Below are positions 49,046-64,000 of a stretch of 64,000 nucleotides of DNA, one piece after another. The position numbers were made by a program, and so were the translations under genes. The notes under the pieces are model-generated. The model made no database searches and was not told the origin of the DNA. It saw only the letters and a list, made by a program, of their open reading frames with translations. This stretch comes from Mytilus trossulus (Eukaryota), in NCBI RefSeq assembly GCF_036588685.1, contig NC_086385.1:35363216-35427215 (forward strand). The letters are read 5' to 3'. How positions within the stretch are numbered: the first letter of the stretch is position 1; each line of letters starts with the position of its first letter.

Positions 49046-52000
49046 GGTCCGAGAACACAATTAATTCGTAGTGCATTTCTTTTAGAACATAAATGAAAAT
49101 AAAAAAAATCCCACCTGCGCTTTCTCAAAGAAACTTTGACAGTGTGTTGTACTACTTTTGGGACAAATTATATCAAATTTATAGAAAACTTCATCGTCTC
49201 TAACTCAAAATATGGACAATTTTATGTTAAGGGCGTCTTGAAATCTTTTGACAGCTTCCGAAGTGCTCATTTTCAACCTTTTTCAGCTGGACCAAATCAC
49301 TACTTTCCTTTAAAATTCTGGACCCAAATTTTTTTACAGTGTAATTTCATCCCCCTTCTTGCAATTTGAGGCAGTGAACATGGAGAAATAAATTTGGAAG
49401 GGGTATAAAAATTAATGGCAAGTAACCCACTGTCAACACTAGGGACTATATTTGTGAACAACGAAAATCAAGGGACGACAATGGTGGTCTCGGACCTAAT
49501 AGGGTAGAAAGAGTTGACAAATCTTAAAAAAACTTTGGTATGAACAAAGCTTAATGTATTATAACACTGCTTACAAAGTTTCATGACAATAGGATGAACA
49601 TTATAGACATTAAGTTAAGTTCTATACTCATCTTTACGTGTAAAATTTTGACGTTAAAATTGAAAAATTTCAACTATCAACATTTGGGGCTTTAAAAATT
49701 AAAATATTGCAAAAAAATACTTTTTAAATGCCTTAACATATAACTTATCATGTACTAAAAGCAATAGAGTACTCATTTGATTTATCAGACTTGGCATAAT
49801 TATTCAAAAGTCAAATTTATATGAGCCTGTGCCTAAAAATTCAGGTTTTTCAATGAAGGGGAGCCTTACATGAAGATGTAATATTTTCCAGCAATTTTTA
49901 ATTTGTGAAGCTTTTTAGTTATAAATAATCCTTACATATGTATTTAAAGTACTTTAAATGGAAAGAAAAGTTACAAATAACATATCATATTAGTTTAAAA
50001 GGGTCTTAGGCCAAGTAAGACTGGAAAAAATTTAGGGTCAATTAAGGCCGTGCTACATATTTACATTAAAAAATGCATATTGAGGCTATAAGAAATAAAA
50101 ATTTGTGTCTTTTTTATCATTTCTATACTCATGTGACATGATACAACAAATCTGAGCACAAAAAGACTCTTGCAATTAACTTTTCTTACAAGCAGTATGG
50201 GCTGAAACAAAGATTTTTGCCTTTTTAGGGAAAAACTTGCATGCAATTTATTCTCAACAGGCTTATATTTAAACCACTTGCTATCCTACAGAAGAAAAGA
50301 AATTTATTATGTGAAATGGAACAGGTACAATAGACATTGTAAAGTGCATTTGATACAAATTTAGTGAGGTCTGTAATATGGACATCAAATTTTATATACC
50401 AAGCTCCCCACTATTGCCTTCATCCAAACAAGGCGTTAGACAAGGGTCATTTATACAACAAATTTTGCACATTTTATCTGAGATAGACTTCTTTTCTGTA
50501 GATTCAGAGTTCATAAATAAGTAAAAGAAGCAGGTAAAGGCATAGAAACACAAATATTGACCCATAAAAACCTGTCGGATAGAAAGTCAGGATGCCATTT
50601 ATGCATCAATATTGAAAAAGTTATAAAATGCCTATTTTGACCATAAAATGCCAAAATTGGTCATTTTTGCAGAAATTCTATAAAATAAAAGTTTAAATCC
50701 TTTAGTTTCATGCTATTTGACAAGTTGACACCATCAAATCATTTAGGGAAGTTGCCAGAGTACAAATTCTATATTTACAGATTTCACCTCTTAGGTCCGA
50801 GAACACAATTAATTCGTAGTGCATTTCTTTTAGAACATAAATGAAAATAAAAAAAATCCCACCTGCGCTTTCTCAAAGAAACTTTGACAGTGTGTTGTAC
50901 TACTTTTGGGACAAATTATATCAAATTTATAGAAAACTTCATCGTCTCTAACTCAAAATATGGACAATTTTATGTTAAGGGCGTCTTGAAATCTTTTGAC
51001 AGCTTCCGAAGTGCTCATTTTCAACCTTTTTCAGCTGGACCAAATCACTACTTTCCTTTAAAATTCTGGACCCAAATTTTTTTACAGTGTAATTTCATCC
51101 CCCTTCTTGCAATTTGAGGCAGTGAACATGGAGAAATAAATTTGGAAGGGGTATAAAAATTAATGGCAAGTAACCCACTGTCAACACTAGGGACTATATT
51201 TGTGAACAACGAAAATCAAGGGACGACAATGGTGGTCTCGGACCTAATAGGGTAGAAAGAGTTGACAAATCTTAAAAAAACTTGGTATGAACAAAGCTTA
51301 ATGTATTATAACACTGCTTACAAAGTTTCATGACAATAGGATGAACATTATAGACATTAAGTTAAGTTCTATACTCATCTTTACGTGTAAAATTTTGACG
51401 TTAAAATTGAAAAATTTCAACTATCAACATTTGGGGCTTTAAAAATTAAAATATTGCAAAAAAATACTTTTTAAATGCCTTAACATATAACTTATCATGT
51501 ACTAAAAGCAATAGAGTACTCATTTGATTTATCAGACTTGGCATAATTATTCAAAAGTCAAATTTATATGAGCCTGTGCCTAAAAATTCAGGTTTTTCAA
51601 TGAAGGGGAGCCTTACATGAAGATGTAATATTTTCCAGCAATTTTTAATTTGTGAAGCTTTTTAGTTATAAATAATCCTTACATATGTATTTAAAGTACT
51701 TTAAATGGAAAGAAAAGTTACAAATAACATATCATATTAGTTTAAAAGGGTCTTAGGCCAAGTAAGACTGGAAAAAATTTAGGGTCAATTAAGGCCGTGC
51801 TACATATTTACATTAAAAAATGCATATTGAGGCTATAAGAAATAAAAATTTGTGTCTTTTTTATCATTTCTATACTCATGTGACATGATACAACAAATCT
51901 GAGCACAAAAAGACTCTTGCAATTAACTTTTCTTACAAGCAGTATGGGCTGAAACAAAGATTTTTGCCTTTTTAGGGAAAAACTTGCATGCAATTTATTC

Positions 52001-55000
52001 TCAACAGGCTTATATTTAAACCACTTGCTATCCTACAGAAGAAAAGAAATTTATTATGTGAAATGGAACAGGTACAATAGACATTGTAAAGTGCATTTGA
52101 TACAAATTTAGTGAGGTCTGTAATATGGACATCAAATTTTATATACCAAGCTCCCCACTATTGCCTTCATCCAAACAAGGCGTTAGACAAGGGTCATTTA
52201 TACAACAAATTTTGCACATTTTATCTGAGATAGACTTCTTTTCTGTAGATTCAGAGTTCATAAATAAGTAAAAGAAGCAGGTAAAGGCATAGAAACACAA
52301 ATATTGACCCATAAAAACCTGTCGGATAGAAAGTCAGGATGCCATTTATGCATCAATATTGAAAAAGTTATAAAATGCCTATTTTGACCATAAAATGCCA
52401 AAATTGGTCATTTTTGCAGAAATTCTATAAAATAAAAGTTTAAATCCTTTAGTTTCATGCTATTTGACAAGTTGACACCATCAAATCATTTAGGGAAGTT
52501 GCCAGAGTACAAATTCTATATTTACAGATTTCACCTCTTAGGTCCGAGAACACAATTAATTCGTAGTGCATTTCTTTTAGAACATAAATGAAAATAAAAA
52601 AAATCCCACCTGCGCTTTCTCAAAGAAACTTTGACAGTGTGTTGTACTACTTTTGGGACAAATTATATCAAATTTATAGAAAACTTCATCGTCTCTAACT
52701 CAAAATATGGACAATTTTATGTTAAGGGCGTCTTGAAATCTTTTGACAGCTTCCGAAGTGCTCATTTTCAACCTTTTTCAGCTGGACCAAATCACTACTT
52801 TCCTTTAAAATTCTGGACCCAAATTTTTTTACAGTGTAATTTCATCCCCCTTCTTGCAATTTGAGGCAGTGAACATGGAGAAATAAATTTGGAAGGGGTA
52901 TAAAAATTAATGGCAAGTAACCCACTGTCAACACTAGGGACTATATTTGTGAACAACGAAAATCAAGGGACGACAATGGTGGTCTCGGACCTAATAGGGT
53001 AGAAAGAGTTGACAAATCTTAAAAAAACTTGGTATGAACAAAGCTTAATGTATTATAACACTGCTTACAAAGTTTCATGACAATAGGATGAACATTATAG
53101 ACATTAAGTTAAGTTCTATACTCATCTTTACGTGTAAAATTTTGACGTTAAAATTGAAAAATTTCAACTATCAACATTTGGGGCTTTAAAAATTAAAATA
53201 TTGCAAAAAAATACTTTTTAAATGCCTTAACATATAACTTATCATGTACTAAAAGCAATAGAGTACTCATTTGATTTATCAGACTTGGCATAATTATTCA
53301 AAAGTCAAATTTATATGAGCCTGTGCCTAAAAATTCAGGTTTTTCAATGAAGGGGAGCCTTACATGAAGATGTAATATTTTCCAGCAATTTTTAATTTGT
53401 GAAGCTTTTTAGTTATAAATAATCCTTACATATGTATTTAAAGTACTTTAAATGGAAAGAAAAGTTACAAATAACATATCATATTAGTTTAAAAGGGTCT
53501 TAGGCCAAGTAAGACTGGAAAAAATTTAGGGTCAATTAAGGCCGTGCTACATATTTACATTAAAAAATGCATATTGAGGCTATAAGAAATAAAAATTTGT
53601 GTCTTTTTTATCATTTCTATACTCATGTGACATGATACAACAAATCTGAGCACAAAAAGACTCTTGCAATTAACTTTTCTTACAAGCAGTATGGGCTGAA
53701 ACAAAGATTTTTGCCTTTTTAGGGAAAAACTTGCATGCAATTTATTCTCAACAGGCTTATATTTAAACCACTTGCTATCCTACAGAAGAAAAGAAATTTA
53801 TTATGTGAAATGGAACAGGTACAATAGACATTGTAAAGTGCATTTGATACAAATTTAGTGAGGTCTGTAATATGGACATCAAATTTTATATACCAAGCTC
53901 CCCACTATTGCCTTCATCCAAACAAGGCGTTAGACAAGGGTCATTTATACAACAAATTTTGCACATTTTATCTGAGATAGACTTCTTTTCTGTAGATTCA
54001 GAGTTCATAAATAAGTAAAAGAAGCAGGTAAAGGCATAGAAACACAAATATTGACCCATAAAAACCTGTCGGATAGAAAGTCAGGATGCCATTTATGCAT
54101 CAATATTGAAAAAGTTATAAAATGCCTATTTTGACCATAAAATGCCAAAATTGGTCATTTTTGCAGAAATTCTATAAAATAAAAGTTTAAATCCTTTAGT
54201 TTCATGCTATTTGACAAGTTGACACCATCAAATCATTTAGGGAAGTTGCCAGAGTACAAATTCTATATTTACAGATTTCACCTCTTAGGTCCGAGAACAC
54301 AATTAATTCGTAGTGCATTTCTTTTAGAACATAAATGAAAATAAAAAAAATCCCACCTGCGCTTTCTCAAAGAAACTTTGACAGTGTGTTGTACTACTTT
54401 TGGGACAAATTATATCAAATTTATAGAAAACTTCATCGTCTCTAACTCAAAATATGGACAATTTTATGTTAAGGGCGTCTTGAAATCTTTTGACAGCTTC
54501 CGAAGTGCTCATTTTCAACCTTTTTCAGCTGGACCAAATCACTACTTTCCTTTAAAATTCTGGACCCAAATTTTTTTACAGTGTAATTTCATCCCCCTTC
54601 TTGCAATTTGAGGCAGTGAACATGGAGAAATAAATTTGGAAGGGGTATAAAAATTAATGGCAAGTAACCCACTGTCAACACTAGGGACTATATTTGTGAA
54701 CAACGAAAATCAAGGGACGACAATGGTGGTCTCGGACCTAATAGGGTAGAAAGAGTTGACAAATCTTAAAAAAACTTGGTATGAACAAAGCTTAATGTAT
54801 TATAACACTGCTTACAAAGTTTCATGACAATAGGATGAACATTATAGACATTAAGTTAAGTTCTATACTCATCTTTACGTGTAAAATTTTGACGTTAAAA
54901 TTGAAAAATTTCAACTATCAACATTTGGGGCTTTAAAAATTAAAATATTGCAAAAAAATACTTTTTAAATGCCTTAACATATAACTTATCATGTACTAAA

Positions 55001-58000
55001 AGCAATAGAGTACTCATTTGATTTATCAGACTTGGCATAATTATTCAAAAGTCAAATTTATATGAGCCTGTGCCTAAAAATTCAGGTTTTTCAATGAAGG
55101 GGAGCCTTACATGAAGATGTAATATTTTCCAGCAATTTTTAATTTGTGAAGCTTTTTAGTTATAAATAATCCTTACATATGTATTTAAAGTACTTTAAAT
55201 GGAAAGAAAAGTTACAAATAACATATCATATTAGTTTAAAAGGGTCTTAGGCCAAGTAAGACTGGAAAAAATTTAGGGTCAATTAAGGCCGTGCTACATA
55301 TTTACATTAAAAAATGCATATTGAGGCTATAAGAAATAAAAATTTGTGTCTTTTTTATCATTTCTATACTCATGTGACATGATACAACAAATCTGAGCAC
55401 AAAAAGACTCTTGCAATTAACTTTTCTTACAAGCAGTATGGGCTGAAACAAAGATTTTTGCCTTTTTAGGGAAAAACTTGCATGCAATTTATTCTCAACA
55501 GGCTTATATTTAAACCACTTGCTATCCTACAGAAGAAAAGAAATTTATTATGTGAAATGGAACAGGTACAATAGACATTGTAAAGTGCATTTGATACAAA
55601 TTTAGTGAGGTCTGTAATATGGACATCAAATTTTATATACCAAGCTCCCCACTATTGCCTTCATCCAAACAAGGCGTTAGACAAGGGTCATTTATACAAC
55701 AAATTTTGCACATTTTATCTGAGATAGACTTCTTTTCTGTAGATTCAGAGTTCATAAATAAGTAAAAGAAGCAGGTAAAGGCATAGAAACACAAATATTG
55801 ACCCATAAAAACCTGTCGGATAGAAAGTCAGGATGCCATTTATGCATCAATATTGAAAAAGTTATAAAATGCCTATTTTGACCATAAAATGCCAAAATTG
55901 GTCATTTTTGCAGAAATTCTATAAAATAAAAGTTTAAATCCTTTAGTTTCATGCTATTTGACAAGTTGACACCATCAAATCATTTAGGGAAGTTGCCAGA
56001 GTACAAATTCTATATTTACAGATTTCACCTCTTAGGTCCGAGAACACAATTAATTCGTAGTGCATTTCTTTTAGAACATAAATGAAAATAAAAAAAATCC
56101 CACCTGCGCTTTCTCAAAGAAACTTTGACAGTGTGTTGTACTACTTTTGGGACAAATTATATCAAATTTATAGAAAACTTCATCGTCTCTAACTCAAAAT
56201 ATGGACAATTTTATGTTAAGGGCGTCTTGAAATCTTTTGACAGCTTCCGAAGTGCTCATTTTCAACCTTTTTCAGCTGGACCAAATCACTACTTTCCTTT
56301 AAAATTCTGGACCCAAATTTTTTTACAGTGTAATTTCATCCCCCTTCTTGCAATTTGAGGCAGTGAACATGGAGAAATAAATTTGGAAGGGGTATAAAAA
56401 TTAATGGCAAGTAACCCACTGTCAACACTAGGGACTATATTTGTGAACAACGAAAATCAAGGGACGACAATGGTGGTCTCGGACCTAATAGGGTAGAAAG
56501 AGTTGACAAATCTTAAAAAAACTTGGTATGAACAAAGCTTAATGTATTATAACACTGCTTACAAAGTTTCATGACAATAGGATGAACATTATAGACATTA
56601 AGTTAAGTTCTATACTCATCTTTACGTGTAAAATTTTGACGTTAAAATTGAAAAATTTCAACTATCAACATTTGGGGCTTTAAAAATTAAAATATTGCAA
56701 AAAAATACTTTTTAAATGCCTTAACATATAACTTATCATGTACTAAAAGCAATAGAGTACTCATTTGATTTATCAGACTTGGCATAATTATTCAAAAGTC
56801 AAATTTATATGAGCCTGTGCCTAAAAATTCAGGTTTTTCAATGAAGGGGAGCCTTACATGAAGATGTAATATTTTCCAGCAATTTTTAATTTGTGAAGCT
56901 TTTTAGTTATAAATAATCCTTACATATGTATTTAAAGTACTTTAAATGGAAAGAAAAGTTACAAATAACATATCATATTAGTTTAAAAGGGTCTTAGGCC
57001 AAGTAAGACTGGAAAAAATTTAGGGTCAATTAAGGCCGTGCTACATATTTACATTAAAAAATGCATATTGAGGCTATAAGAAATAAAAAATTGTGTCTTT
57101 TTTATCATTTCTATACTCATGTGACATGATACAACAAATCTGAGCACAAAAAGACTCTTGCAATTAACTTTTCTTACAAGCAGTATGGGCTGAAACAAAG
57201 ATTTTTGCCTTTTTAGGGAAAAACTTGCATGCAATTTATTCTCAACAGGCTTATATTTAAACCACTTGCTATCCTACAGAAGAAAAGAAATTTATTATGT
57301 GAAATGGAACAGGTACAATAGACATTGTAAAGTGCATTTGATACAAATTTAGTGAGGTCTGTAATATGGACATCAAATTTTATATACCAAGCTCCCCACT
57401 ATTGCCTTCATCCAAACAAGGCGTTAGACAAGGGTCATTTATACAACAAATTTTGCACATTTTATCTGAGATAGACTTCTTTTCTGTAGATTCAGAGTTC
57501 ATAAATAAGTAAAAGAAGCAGGTAAAGGCATAGAAACACAAATATTGACCCATAAAAACCTGTCGGATAGAAAGTCAGGATGCCATTTATGCATCAATAT
57601 TGAAAAAGTTATAAAATGCCTATTTTGACCATAAAATGCCAAAATTGGTCATTTTTGCAGAAATTCTATAAAATAAAAGTTTAAATCCTTTAGTTTCATG
57701 CTATTTGACAAGTTGACACCATCAAATCATTTAGGGAAGTTGCCAGAGTACAAATTCTATATTTACAGATTTCACCTCTTAGGTCCGAGAACACAATTAA
57801 TTCGTAGTGCATTTCTTTTAGAACATAAATGAAAATAAAAAAAATCCCACCTGCGCTTTCTCAAAGAAACTTTGACAGTGTGTTGTACTACTTTTGGGAC
57901 AAATTATATCAAATTTATAGAAAACTTCATCGTCTCTAACTCAAAATATGGACAATTTTATGTTAAGGGCGTCTTGAAATCTTTTGACAGCTTCCGAAGT

Positions 58001-61000
58001 GCTCATTTTCAACCTTTTTCAGCTGGACCAAATCACTACTTTCCTTTAAAATTCTGGACCCAAATTTTTTTACAGTGTAATTTCATCCCCCTTCTTGCAA
58101 TTTGAGGCAGTGAACATGGAGAAATAAATTTGGAAGGGGTATAAAAATTAATGGCAAGTAACCCACTGTCAACACTAGGGACTATATTTGTGAACAACGA
58201 AAATCAAGGGACGACAATGGTGGTCTCGGACCTAATAGGGTAGAAAGAGTTGACAAATCTTAAAAAAACTTGGTATGAACAAAGCTTAATGTATTATAAC
58301 ACTGCTTACAAAGTTTCATGACAATAGGATGAACATTATAGACATTAAGTTAAGTTCTATACTCATCTTTACGTGTAAAATTTTGACGTTAAAATTGAAA
58401 AATTTCAACTATCAACATTTGGGGCTTTAAAAAATTAAATATTGCAAAAAAATACTTTTTAAATGCCTTAACATATAACTTATCATGTACTAAAAGCAAT
58501 AGAGTACTCATTTGATTTATCAGACTTGGCATAATTATTCAAAAGTCAAATTTATATGAGCCTGTGCCTAAAAATTCAGGTTTTTCAATGAAGGGAGCCT
58601 TACATGAAGATGTAATATTTTCCAGCAATTTTTAATTTGTGAAGCTTTTTAGTTATAAATAATCCTTACATATGTATTTAATGTACTTTAAATGGAAAGA
58701 AAAGTTACAAATAACATATCATATTAGTTTAAAAGGGTCTTAGGCCAAGTAAGACTGGAAAAAATTTAGGGTCAATTAAGGCCGTGCTACATATTTACAT
58801 TAAAAAATGCATATTGAGGCTATAAGAAATAAAAATTTGTGTCTTTTTTATCATTTCTATACTCATGTGACATGATACAACAAATCTGAGCACAAAAAGA
58901 CTCTTGCAATTAACTTTTCTTACAAGCAGTATGGGCTGAAACAAAGATTTTTGCCTTTTTAGGGAAAAACTTGCATGCAATTTATTCTCAACAGGCTTAT
59001 ATTTAAACCACTTGCTATCCTACAGAAGGAAAGAAATTTATTATGTGAAATGGAACAGGTACAATAGACATTGTAAAGTGCATTTGATACAAATTTAGTG
59101 AGGTCTGTAATATGGACATCAAATTTTATATACCAAGCTCCCCACTATTGCCTTCATCCAAACAAGGCGTTAGACAAGGGTCATTTATACAACAAATTTT
59201 GCACATTTTATCTGAGATAGACTTCTTTTCTGTAGATTCAGAGTTCATAAATAAGTAAAAGAAGCAGGTAAAGGCATAGAAACACAAATATTGACCCATA
59301 AAAACCTGTCGGATAGAAAGTCAGGATGCCATTTATGCATCAATATTGAAAAAGTTATAAAATGCCTATTTTGACCATAAAATGCCAAAATTGGTCATTT
59401 TTGCAGAAATTCTATAAAATAAAAGTTTAAATCCTTTAGTTTCATGCTATTTGACAAGTTGACACCATCAAATCATTTAGGGAAGTTGCCAGAGTACAAA
59501 TTCTATATTTACAGATTTCACCTCTTAGGGTAGAAAGAGTTGACAAATCTTAAAAAAACTTGGTATGAACAAAGCTTAATGTATTATAACACTGCTTACA
59601 AAGTTTCATGACAATAGGATGAACATTATAGGACATTAAGTTAAGTTCTATACTCATCTTTACGTGTAAAATTTTGACGTTAAAATTGAAAAATTTCAAC
59701 TATCAACATTTGGGGCTTTAAAAATTAAAATATTGCAAAAAAATACTTTTTTAAATGCCTTAACATATAACTTATCATGTACTAAAAGCAATAGAGTACT
59801 CATTTGATTTATCAGACTTGGCATAATTATTCAAAAGTCAAATTTATATGAGCTGTGCTAAAAATTCAGGTTTTTCAATGAAGGGGAGCCNNNNNNNNNN
59901 NNNNNNNNNNNNNNNNNNNNNNNNNNNNNNNNNNNNNNNNNNNNNNNNNNNNNNNNNNNNNNNNNNNNNNNNNNNNNNNNNNNNNNNNNNAAAATAAAAG
60001 TTTAAATCCTTTAGTTTCATGCTATTTGACAAGTTGACACCATCAAATCATTTAGGGAAGTTGCCAGAGTACAAATTCTATATTTACAGATTTCACCTCT
60101 TAGGGTAGAAAGAGTTGACAAATCTTAAAAAAACTTGGTATGAACAAAGCTTAATGTATTATAACACTGCTTACAAAGTTTCATGACAATAGGATGAACA
60201 TTATAGACATTAAGTTAAGTTCTATACTCATCTTTACGTGTAAAATTTTGACGTTAAAATTGAAAAATTTCAACTATCAACATTTGGGGCTTTAAAAATT
60301 AAAATATTGCAAAAAAATACTTTTTAAATGCCTTAACATATAACTTATCATGTACTAAAAGCAATAGAGTACTCATTTGATTTATCAGACTTGGCATAAT
60401 TATTCAAAAGTCAAATTTATATGAGCCTGTGCCTAAAAATTCAGGTTTTTCAATGAAGGGGAGCCTTACATGAAGATGTAATATTTTCCAGCAATTTTTA
60501 ATTTGTGAAGCTTTTTAGTTATAAATAATCCTTACATATGTATTTAAAGTACTTTAAATGGAAAGAAAAGTTACAAATAACATATCATATTAGTTTAAAA
60601 GGGTCTTAGGCCAAGTAAGACTGGAAAAAATTTAGGGTCAATTAAGGCCGTGCTACATATTTACATTAAAAAATGCATATTGAGGCTATAAGAAATAAAA
60701 ATTTGTGTCTTTTTTATCATTTCTATACTCATGTGACATGATACAACAAATCTGAGCACAAAAAGACTCTTGCAATTAACTTTTCTTACAAGCAGTATGG
60801 GCTGAAACAAAGATTTTTGCCTTTTTAGGGAAAAACTTGCATGCAATTTATTCTCAACAGGCTTATATTTAAACCACTTGCTATCCTACAGAAGAAAAGA
60901 AATTTATTATGTGAAATGGAACAGGTACAATAGACATTGTAAAGTGCATTTGATACAAATTTAGTGAGGTCTGTAATATGGACATCAAATTTTATATACC

Positions 61001-64000
61001 AAGCTCCCCACTATTGCCTTCATCCAAACAAGGCGTTAGACAAGGGTCATTTATACAACAAATTTTGCACATTTTATCTGAGATAGACTTCTTTTCTGTA
61101 GATTCAGAGTTCATAAATAAGTAAAAGAAGCAGGTAAAGGCATAGAAACACAAATATTGACCCATAAAAACCTGTCGGATAGAAAGTCAGGATGCCATTT
61201 ATGCATCAATATTGAAAAAGTTATAAAATGCCTATTTTGACCATAAAATGCCAAAATTGGTCATTTTTGCAGAAATTCTATAAAATAAAAGTTTAAATCC
61301 TTTAGTTTCATGCTATTTGACAAGTTGACACCATCAAATCATTTAGGGAAGTTGCCAGAGTACAAATTCTATATTTACAGATTTCACCTCTTAGGTCCGA
61401 GAACACAATTAATTCGTAGTGCATTTCTTTTAGAACATAAATGAAAATAAAAAAAATCCCACCTGCGCTTTCTCAAAGAAACTTTGACAGTGTGTTGTAC
61501 TACTTTTGGGACAAATTATATCAAATTTATAGAAAACTTCATCGTCTCTAACTCAAAATATGGACAATTTTATGTTAAGGGCGTCTTGAAATCTTTTGAC
61601 AGCTTCCGAAGTGCTCATTTTCAACCTTTTTCAGCTGGACCAAATCACTACTTTCCTTTAAAATTCTGGACCCAAATTTTTTTACAGTGTAATTTCATCC
61701 CCCTTCTTGCAATTTGAGGCAGTGAACATGGAGAAATAAATTTGGAAGGGGTATAAAAATTAATGGCAAGTAACCCACTGTCAACACTAGGGACTATATT
61801 TGTGAACAACGAAAATCAAGGGACGACAATGGTGGTCTCGGACCTAATAGGGTAGAAAGAGTTGACAAATCTTAAAAAAACTTGGTATGAACAAAGCTTA
61901 ATGTATTATAACACTGCTTACAAAGTTTCATGACAATAGGATGAACATTATAGACATTAAGTTAAGTTCTATACTCATCTTTACGTGTAAAATTTTGACG
62001 TTAAAATTGAAAAATTTCAACTATCAACATTTGGGGCTTTAAAAATTAAAATATTGCAAAAAAATACTTTTTAAATGCCTTAACATATAACTTATCATGT
62101 ACTAAAAGCAATAGAGTACTCATTTGATTTATCAGACTTGGCATAATTATTCAAAAGTCAAATTTATATGAGCCTGTGCCTAAAAATTCAGGTTTTTCAA
62201 TGAAGGGGAGCCTTACATGAAGATGTAATATTTTCCAGCAATTTTTAATTTGTGAAGCTTTTTAGTTATAAATAATCCTTACATATGTATTTAAAGTACT
62301 TTAAATGGAAAGAAAAGTTACAAATAACATATCATATTAGTTTAAAAGGGTCTTAGGCCAAGTAAGACTGGAAAAAATTTAGGGTCAATTAAGGCCGTGC
62401 TACATATTTACATTAAAAAATGCATATTGAGGCTATAAGAAATAAAAATTTGTGTCTTTTTTATCATTTCTATACTCATGTGACATGATACAACAAATCT
62501 GAGCACAAAAAGACTCTTGCAATTAACTTTTCTTACAAGCAGTATGGGCTGAAACAAAGATTTTTGCCTTTTTAGGGAAAAACTTGCATGCAATTTATTC
62601 TCAACAGGCTTATATTTAAACCACTTGCTATCCTACAGAAGAAAAGAAATTTATTATGTGAAATGGAACAGGTACAATAGACATTGTAAAGTGCATTTGA
62701 TACAAATTTAGTGAGGTCTGTAATATGGACATCAAATTTTATATACCAAGCTCCCCACTATTGCCTTCATCCAAACAAGGCGTTAGACAAGGGTCATTTA
62801 TACAACAAATTTTGCACATTTTATCTGAGATAGACTTCTTTTCTGTAGATTCAGAGTTCATAAATAAGTAAAAGAAGCAGGTAAAGGCATAGAAACACAA
62901 ATATTGACCCATAAAAACCTGTCGGATAGAAAGTCAGGATGCCATTTATGCATCAATATTGAAAAAGTTATAAAATGCCTATTTTGACCATAAAATGCCA
63001 AAATTGGTCATTTTTGCAGAAATTCTATAAAATAAAAGTTTAAATCCTTTAGTTTCATGCTATTTGACAAGTTGACACCATCAAATCATTTAGGGAAGTT
63101 GCCAGAGTACAAATTCTATATTTACAGATTTCACCTAATAGGGTAGAAAGAGTTGACAAATCTTAAAAAAACTTGGTATGAACAAAGCTTAATGTATTAT
63201 AACACTGCTTACAAAGTTTCATGACAATAGGATGAACATTATAGACATTAAGTTAAGTTCTATACTCATCTTTACGTGTAAAATTTTGACGTTAAAATTG
63301 AAAAATTTCAACTATCAACATTTGGGGCTTTAAAAATTAAAATATTGCAAAAAAATACTTTTTAAATGCCTTAACATATAACTTATCATGTACTAAAAGC
63401 AATAGAGTACTCATTTGATTTATCAGACTTGGCATAATTATTCAAAAGTCAAATTTATATGAGCCTGTGCCTAAAAATTCAGGTTTTTCAATGAAGGGGA
63501 GCCTTACATGAAGATGTAATATTTTCCAGCAATTTTTAATTTGTGAAGCTTTTTAGTTATAAATAATCCTTACATATGTATTTAAAGTACTTTAAATGGA
63601 AAGAAAAGTTACAAATAACATATCATATTAGTTTAAAAGGGTCTTAGGCCAAGTAAGACTGGAAAAAATTTAGGGTCAATTAAGGCCGTGCTACATATTT
63701 ACATTAAAAAATGCATATTGAGGCTATAAGAAATAAAAATTTGTGTCTTTTTTATCATTTCTATACTCATGTGACATGATACAACAAATCTGAGCACAAA
63801 AAGACTCTTGCAATTAACTTTTCTTACAAGCAGTATGGGCTGAAACAAAGATTTTTGCCTTTTTAGGGAAAAACTTGCATGCAATTTATTCTCAACAGGC
63901 TTATATTTAAACCACTTGCTATCCTACAGAAGAAAAGAAATTTATTATGTGAAATGGAACAGGTACAATAGACATTGTAAAGTGCATTTGATACAAATTT
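49046..64000. repeat. Young tandem array with a 1747-bp unit (456-bp cassette plus 1291-bp segment), running off the window end
   Basis: Cassette-bearing units start at 49046, 50794, 52541, 54288, 56035, 57782 and 61394; cassette-less junctions at about 59525, 60100 and 63135; copies are nearly identical. Confidence 0.97.

Noticed and set aside
49136-63884. Repeated 77-aa and 61-aa ORFs in the tandem array
   Set aside because: Both start at TTG, show no recognisable domain and are identical only because the DNA unit is repeated.

Overview
AT-rich animal genomic DNA; the repeat families and host gene resemble bivalve (Mytilus-like) sequence, which is an inference. The main feature is a complete 18.6-kb Polinton/Maverick (adintovirus-like endogenous DNA virus) at 7190-25794, with 5'-AGTAGT termini, terminal inverted repeats (TIRs) and a perfect 6-bp target-site duplication (ACTATT). 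Its minus strand carries an intronless core: a frameshifted small ORF, rve integrase with chromo-like tail, very short penton, basic core-like protein, major capsid protein, adenain protease, packaging ATPase, two small ORFs, and a protein-primed PolB split by a 1-nt frameshift. Its left arm carries a spliced accessory module that the ORF track only shows as fragments: a 4-exon type I membrane protein with an alternative last exon, a 3-exon PC4-like protein with a SIM-like tail, an overlapping micro-exon gene with a BC-box-like motif, and an antisense TM+PC4-like ORF nested in that gene's intron. Telomeric (TTAGGG)n sits at the inner edge of both TIR regions. Outside the element are an old triplicated segment, several MITEs and SINE-like repeats, a probable multi-exon host Ig-like membrane gene on the minus strand (about 32.4-44.9 kb), and a young 1747-bp tandem array (49-64 kb) whose 456-bp cassette is missing from some units in two reciprocal ways. 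All protein family calls come from motif recognition by eye; no searches were run.
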